Positions 59,825-64,000 of a stretch of 64,000 nucleotides of DNA are shown piece after piece (within the stretch, counting starts at the first letter, position 1; each line of letters begins with the position of its first letter). The stretch is from an uncultured bacterium (lineage in GTDB: Bacteria > Krumholzibacteriota > Krumholzibacteriia > LZORAL124-64-63): positions 32,001 to 96,000 of the forward strand of contig CAVSGO010000008.1 in NCBI GenBank assembly GCA_963727525.1. The letters run 5' to 3'. Made by a program: the position numbers and the translations under genes. The notes beneath the pieces are model-generated. The model was not told the origin of the DNA, searched no databases, and saw only the letters and a list, made by a program, of their open reading frames with translations.

Positions 59825-61117
59825 TCAGTGGTGCGACTGCGTGGCGCGCGCGCGCCCGTCGATGAGCGTGCGCACCATCTGCGCGAGCTGGCGGGGGGCG
59901 AAGGGGCGAACCAGGAATCCCACGACCTCGGGGTCGTGATCCGGCCAGGTGGGCGCCGACACCGGCGAGAGGATCAGCAGACGCTGCTCCGGGTCGAGCC
60001 GGCGAGCCTCGTCGGTGAGCTGCTGGCCGCCCAGCCCAGGCTGCACCAGTTCGCAGATCACGATGTCGAATCGCGTGCGTCGTTCGCGCAGCAGCGTGAG
60101 CACCTCCCAGCTACTGCGCACCACCATGAGCCGGTAGCCGAGCTGCATCAACGTGTTCGACACCAGCCCGCGCAGGCCGGGATCGTCTTCGAGCAGCAGC
60201 ACCGATTCGTCGTCGCGCGCCACGGGGAGCGTGTCCTGCCGCGGCATCTCGTGGCCCACGAGAGCGGGCCACACCAGAGCGATCTCGGTGCCGCCTCCGG
60301 GAACCACGCGCGCATGCACGGTGCCGCCGGCAAGCCGAGTCAGGCTCCACACCTGCGCGAGATCGAGGTGCACCTCGTGCGGAGGCGATGTCTTCGTGAA
60401 ATCGGGTTCGAAGAGCCGCTCGAGCGCGGCGTCATCGAGCGCCATGCCGTTGTCCGACACGGCGATCTCCACGTAGCGGCCGATCGCCTGGCGCGGGAGC
60501 GTATCCGGCGTGACGACGACCGTCCGTACCGAGATCGTCACCCGTCCCGCCTCCGCGGGCTCGGGGTGCGACGCGATGGCCCGGCCTGCCCGGGCGACGA
60601 GAGCGAGGAGGCACATCTCGAGTTGCCCGGCGTCGGCCTTGATCGCCGGGAGATTCTCGATGCGCTCGAGAACCAGATCGGTCTCGGGGGCCAGGCTCGC
60701 CCGCAGGCTCGGCAGAACCTGGGTGAGGAAACCGGTCACGTCGATCGCTTGCGGCTCGGCGTGGTTCGGATGCCCCGCGCCGAGCATCCTCTGTACGAGC
60801 GCCGCGGCACGGCCGCCCGCCCGCCCGATCGCCTCGAGGTCCGCCTGCACGTCGCGCGACAGATCGGGGCACTCGCGCGCGAGTTGTGTGTGTCCGTTGA
60901 TCGCAGTGAGCAGGTTGTTGAACTCGTGCGCCATGCCCGCACTGAACGTGCCGATGGCATCCATCCGCGCTTCCTGGAGATGCTCCAGGCCGCCGGCCGG
61001 GGACGCCATGGGGCTCGTCCCGCGCCGCCGACCCAGCCAGAAACCGGCCCCGCCCCCCAGGAGGATCCCCAGTACACTCAGAAATGTGCCCGACACCATA
61101 TGCACGGCCAATTTCAC
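59825..61117 (-). CDS. Atypical hybrid histidine kinase/receiver (CckA-like architecture, degenerate)
   Basis: N-terminal TM; H box AHEFNNLL; VSDNG; receiver LLEDD; N and G2 boxes degenerate; start may be 61099. Confidence 0.8.
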   Translation of the reverse strand: MKLAVHMVSGTFLSVLGILLGGGAGFWLGRRRGTSPMASPAGGLEHLQEARMDAIGTFSAGMAHEFNNLLTAINGHTQLARECPDLSRDVQADLEAIGRAGGRAAALVQRMLGAGHPNHAEPQAIDVTGFLTQVLPSLRASLAPETDLVLERIENLPAIKADAGQLEMCLLALVARAGRAIASHPEPAEAGRVTISVRTVVVTPDTLPRQAIGRYVEIAVSDNGMALDDAALERLFEPDFTKTSPPHEVHLDLAQVWSLTRLAGGTVHARVVPGGGTEIALVWPALVGHEMPRQDTLPVARDDESVLLLEDDPGLRGLVSNTLMQLGYRLMVVRSSWEVLTLLRERRTRFDIVICELVQPGLGGQQLTDEARRLDPEQRLLILSPVSAPTWPDHDPEVVGFLVRPFAPRQLAQMVRTLIDGRARATQSHH

Positions 61118-61310
61118 CTTTAATAAGTATTTCAGTAAAAATGTTAAGCGGTGGTGGCGCTACTGCAACAGGAAAATCTGTAAACGATAAGAATCATCAC
61201 GAATCGTCGCATTCCGGCCCCGTCAAAAACCCCGTGGCCCCGGCCCGGCCGAGGTACTAGGTTTCGACCACACAAGCCCGTCCAGCACCGCACGGAAAGG
61301 ACCCGAACCC

Positions 61311-62539
61311 ATGGCCGACACGATCCGCCCCCACGGCAGCGACACCCTGCTGCCCCTCCTCCTGCAGGGCGACGCCCGCAAGCAGGAACTCGCCCGCGCC
61401 GAGCAGATGCCCCAGTGGACCATGTCCAGCCGCGAAACCGGCGACGTCATCATGCTTGGCATCGGCGGCTTCACCCCCCTGAAGGGCTTCATGAACGCCA
61501 CCGACTGGCAAGGCGTCTGCGCCGACATGCGCACCGAGAGCGGCATCTTCTGGCCCATCCCCGTCACCCTCAGCGTGACCGAGGAATTCGCGAAGAGCCT
61601 CAAGCCCGGCGCCGAGATCGCCCTCCGCAGCGCCGACACCAACGAGATCATGGCCACCATGAAGGTGGAAGAAACCTACAACATCGACCCCGACCACGAA
61701 TGCCAGCACGTCTTCAAGACCACCGACAACAACCATCCGGGCGTGAAGATGGTGAAGGAACAACCCCCGGTAAACGTGGCCGGCCCCCTGAAGGTCCTGA
61801 GCGAGAGCTACTTCCCCACCGAGTTCGCAGGTCTGTACATGCGCCCCGCCGAGAGCCGCAAGATCTTCGCCGAGAGAGGCTGGCAGACGCATCGCCGCCC
61901 TCCAGCTGAGAAACCCGATGCACCGCAGCCACGAATACCTGGCCAAGATCGCCCTGGAGGTGAGCGATGGCCTGTTCATCCACCAGCTAGTCGGCAAACT
62001 GAAGCCCGGCGACATCCCCGCCGACGTGAGAGTGAAGTGCATCGACACCTTGGTAGAGAACTACTTCATCAAGGACAGCGTCCTCTGCGGCGGCTACCCC
62101 CTGGACATGCGCTACGCCGGCCCGAGGGAAGGCCTCCTCCACGGCCTCTTCCGCCAAAACTTCGGCTGCACCCACATGATCATCGGCCGAGACCACGCCG
62201 GCGTAGGCGACTACTACGGCCCCTTCGACGCCCAGAAAATCTGGACACGAGATCCCGACCGGCAGCCTGGAAATCCAGATGCTCCCCATCGACTGGACCT
62301 TCTGGTGCTACAAATGCGGCGGCATGGTCAGCATGAAGACGTGTCCGCATGGCAAGGAAGACCGGTTGTTCCTGAGCGGCACCGCGCTGCGGAAGGGACT
62401 GAGCGAGGGCGGGGATATCCCGACCGAGTTCTCGCGGCCGGAGGTGCTGGAGATCCTGAAGGAGTACTACGCCGGCATCGACGAGAAGGACAACGTCAAG
62501 GTCGAGCTGCATAAGCATGCAAAGGGCGAGACGAAGTAA
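61311..62539 (+). pseudogene. sat: Sulfate adenylyltransferase with two +1 frameshifts (~61890, ~62246); pseudogene or sequencing error
   Basis: FTPLKGFM, WPIPVTL (frame 1); [27 protein letters not shown] (frame 2); CYKC..TCPH, LSGT, FSRPEV (frame 3). Confidence 0.85.
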
Positions 62540-62574
62540 GACAATTCTACACCTTCAAGGAAAACCGACCTAAC

Positions 62575-62602
62575 AACCCGCCACCCAACGGTGGCGGGTT
62601 TT
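62575..62602 (+). terminator. Rho-independent terminator after sat
   Basis: aacccgccacc-caac-ggtggcgggtt + tt. Confidence 0.8.
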
Positions 62603-62958
62603 CCCTTCCGACCATCGATCCCTTCCCCAACGATCGCACTTGAAGCAAATCCGCAGCCGTGCGAAAATCCCCCCGCAGTCCCAAGGCGCCAAACCGAACG
62701 CGACAAGGACCGCATCCGCGGAGGGGGCAGACTGTCAATTTCAGCCACTACACCGCCTATTGTACCCCGCACTTCGGAAACGAGAGCCACAACTCCATGA
62801 TATCGCGATACGCAGACCAACGTCACCTTGTCTCCTGTCTGTATATTACGATATCGAGGTCGGGATAATTGTACGTTAGCGAAGTTACGGCGCCAGAGTA
62901 GGTTGCGCGACAAGTCGGCTTCGGGTTATTATGATTCGTGGCAATTAGGAGGTGATTC

Positions 62959-63249
62959 ATGACGACTTTCGAGGTGCTGCGAGCTAGGCGGTCCGACGTG
63001 CTGGCAATCGCGCAAAAGCATGGGGTTACGTCTGTTAGGGTGTTTGGCTCGGTCGTCCGGGGGGAGGATTCGGCTGACAGTGACGTCGATTTTCTCGTCA
63101 CAACTGGACCGGAGGTTAGCTCCTGGTTCCCTGCTGGGCTCATTCTAGAACTCGAGACCCTGCTCGGCAGGCGTGTCGACGTCGTCACAGAGGCCGGCGT
63201 AAACTCACATATTCGAGATGAAGTCTTCGCAGAGGCGGTACCGCTTTGA
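62959..63249 (+). CDS. Minimal nucleotidyltransferase antitoxin (MntA-like)
   Basis: FGSVVRGEDSADSDVDFL (GSx10DxD); AGGAGG RBS. Confidence 0.9.
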   Translation: MTTFEVLRARRSDVLAIAQKHGVTSVRVFGSVVRGEDSADSDVDFLVTTGPEVSSWFPAGLILELETLLGRRVDVVTEAGVNSHIRDEVFAEAVPL

Positions 63250-63581
63250 AAAGCGACGGTGCCTACCTCCGCTACATCATCGAGACCATCGGACGAATCG
63301 AATCCGCGATAAGTGGCGGAAAGGCGGCCTTTCTTGCGTCGTCAATTCACCAGGATGCCGTTCTTCGTAACCTGCACACGATGACAGAAACGACGCAACG
63401 CCTCTCGACCGAATTGAGAGCTAACCATCCAGAAGTCGAATGGGCGGAGTTGTCGGCATTTCGTAATGTGCTAGTTCACGACTATCTCGGTATCGACATC
63501 GACTTGATTTGGCGCGTCGTAAGTATGGATGTTCCGAAGTTCAAGGAGCAGGTTACGCAGATGCTCGACGAGGTAGTTTAG
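63246..63581 (+). CDS. HEPN/DUF86 ribonuclease toxin (HepT-like)
   Basis: RNVLVHDY (Rx4HxY); overlaps MNT stop. Confidence 0.9.
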   Translation: MKSDGAYLRYIIETIGRIESAISGGKAAFLASSIHQDAVLRNLHTMTETTQRLSTELRANHPEVEWAELSAFRNVLVHDYLGIDIDLIWRVVSMDVPKFKEQVTQMLDEVV

Positions 63582-63622
63582 GTCGCTATTGGCTCTGGCG
63601 TGACGGTTGGCTGGTGGGGATT

Positions 63623-63722
63623 CGCTAACGGACCGTTGGAGCAGTCGGATCGGCCCTGTCACGTCGCTTGCTGGCGCAAGCGCCGCGCCAGGCCCGCCCG
63701 CTGCTCAAGGTAGACGTTACCT
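63623..63722 (+). mobile_element. attC recombination site (100 bp)
   Basis: CGCTAAC..TTGGAGCAG...cgcttgc-tggc-gcaagcg...CTGCTCAA..GTTACCT: R''/L''/L'/R' layout with an extra G in L''. Confidence 0.85.
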
Positions 63723-63740
63723 GCAAGAAGGTGACGTACT

Positions 63741-64000
63741 ATGAGGCAACTTGGTCTTTGCATCTTGGCGGTGTACATCTGTCTTCATTGCGTTGCTGGT
63801 GGAGCGACCGTGAGTGACGGTGCCGTGTATCCGGTAATTCAGGTCGACGCGATGCACAATCAGGCGTACGTGGAATCGGGAGCAATGCCGCAGGTCTATG
63901 TGGTGGCCGCTGCTGGTGGGCTCACTCTAAACGCTGCGGAGGTTGATTTCGAGCCGCCGGAGAACATGCCCGCGGAGCTGAGTATTCCAGATGCAGTTCA
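63741..64000 (+). CDS. Second cassette ORF, secreted hypothetical protein (partial)
   Basis: ATG 25 nt after the attC crossover G, AAGAAGG RBS; MRQLGLCILAVYICLHCVAGG signal-like; open to window end. Confidence 0.6.
   Translation, partial: MRQLGLCILAVYICLHCVAGGATVSDGAVYPVIQVDAMHNQAYVESGAMPQVYVVAAAGGLTLNAAEVDFEPPENMPAELSIPDAV

Larger units (their letters stand above)
62876..63716 (+). mobile_element. Integron gene cassette carrying MNT-HEPN toxin-antitoxin
   Basis: Starts within GTTAGCG (62875-62881); its attC inverse core CGCTAAC (63623-63629) is the exact reverse complement; visibly lower GC. Confidence 0.8.

Noticed and set aside
62725-62755. cagactgtcaatttcagccactacacc as a possible IS end remnant
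   Set aside because: No partner inverted repeat or transposase found; resemblance too weak

Overview
High-GC bacterial chromosomal window. The FlgD-Ig C-terminal domains and W-G-x-V-K C-terminal tails resemble FCB-related candidate phyla such as Latescibacterota/Krumholzibacteriota; this is an inference. It holds about 65 CDS: a CHASE2 adenylate cyclase/M48/SH3 operon, nucleoside salvage genes, an IS1-like transposase, three ECF sigma modules, MscS genes, arcA, a polyphosphate cluster (CHAD, pfkA, ppk2, sixA, ppk1), nfeD/stomatin, apbE, and a sat gene with two frameshifts. Highlights not visible in the ORF track: (1) a secreted beta-propeller/FlgD protein split by one in-frame TGA inside a C-x-x-TGA motif with downstream hairpins, a candidate new selenoprotein (11969-13645); (2) an unannotated 52-aa RiPP precursor (YxxP leader, Gly6 linker, ...HFLNPLFHWCCS) convergent with an HprK-like kinase/PqqD/radical SAM-SPASM operon (26778-29153); (3) an integron cassette carrying an MNT-HEPN toxin-antitoxin pair, bounded by matching GTTAGCG/CGCTAAC core sites and a clear attC, with no integrase seen; (4) a TPR-CHAT protease divergent from an ECF sigma/anti-sigma pair. 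All assignments come from motif recognition by eye; no database searches were run.
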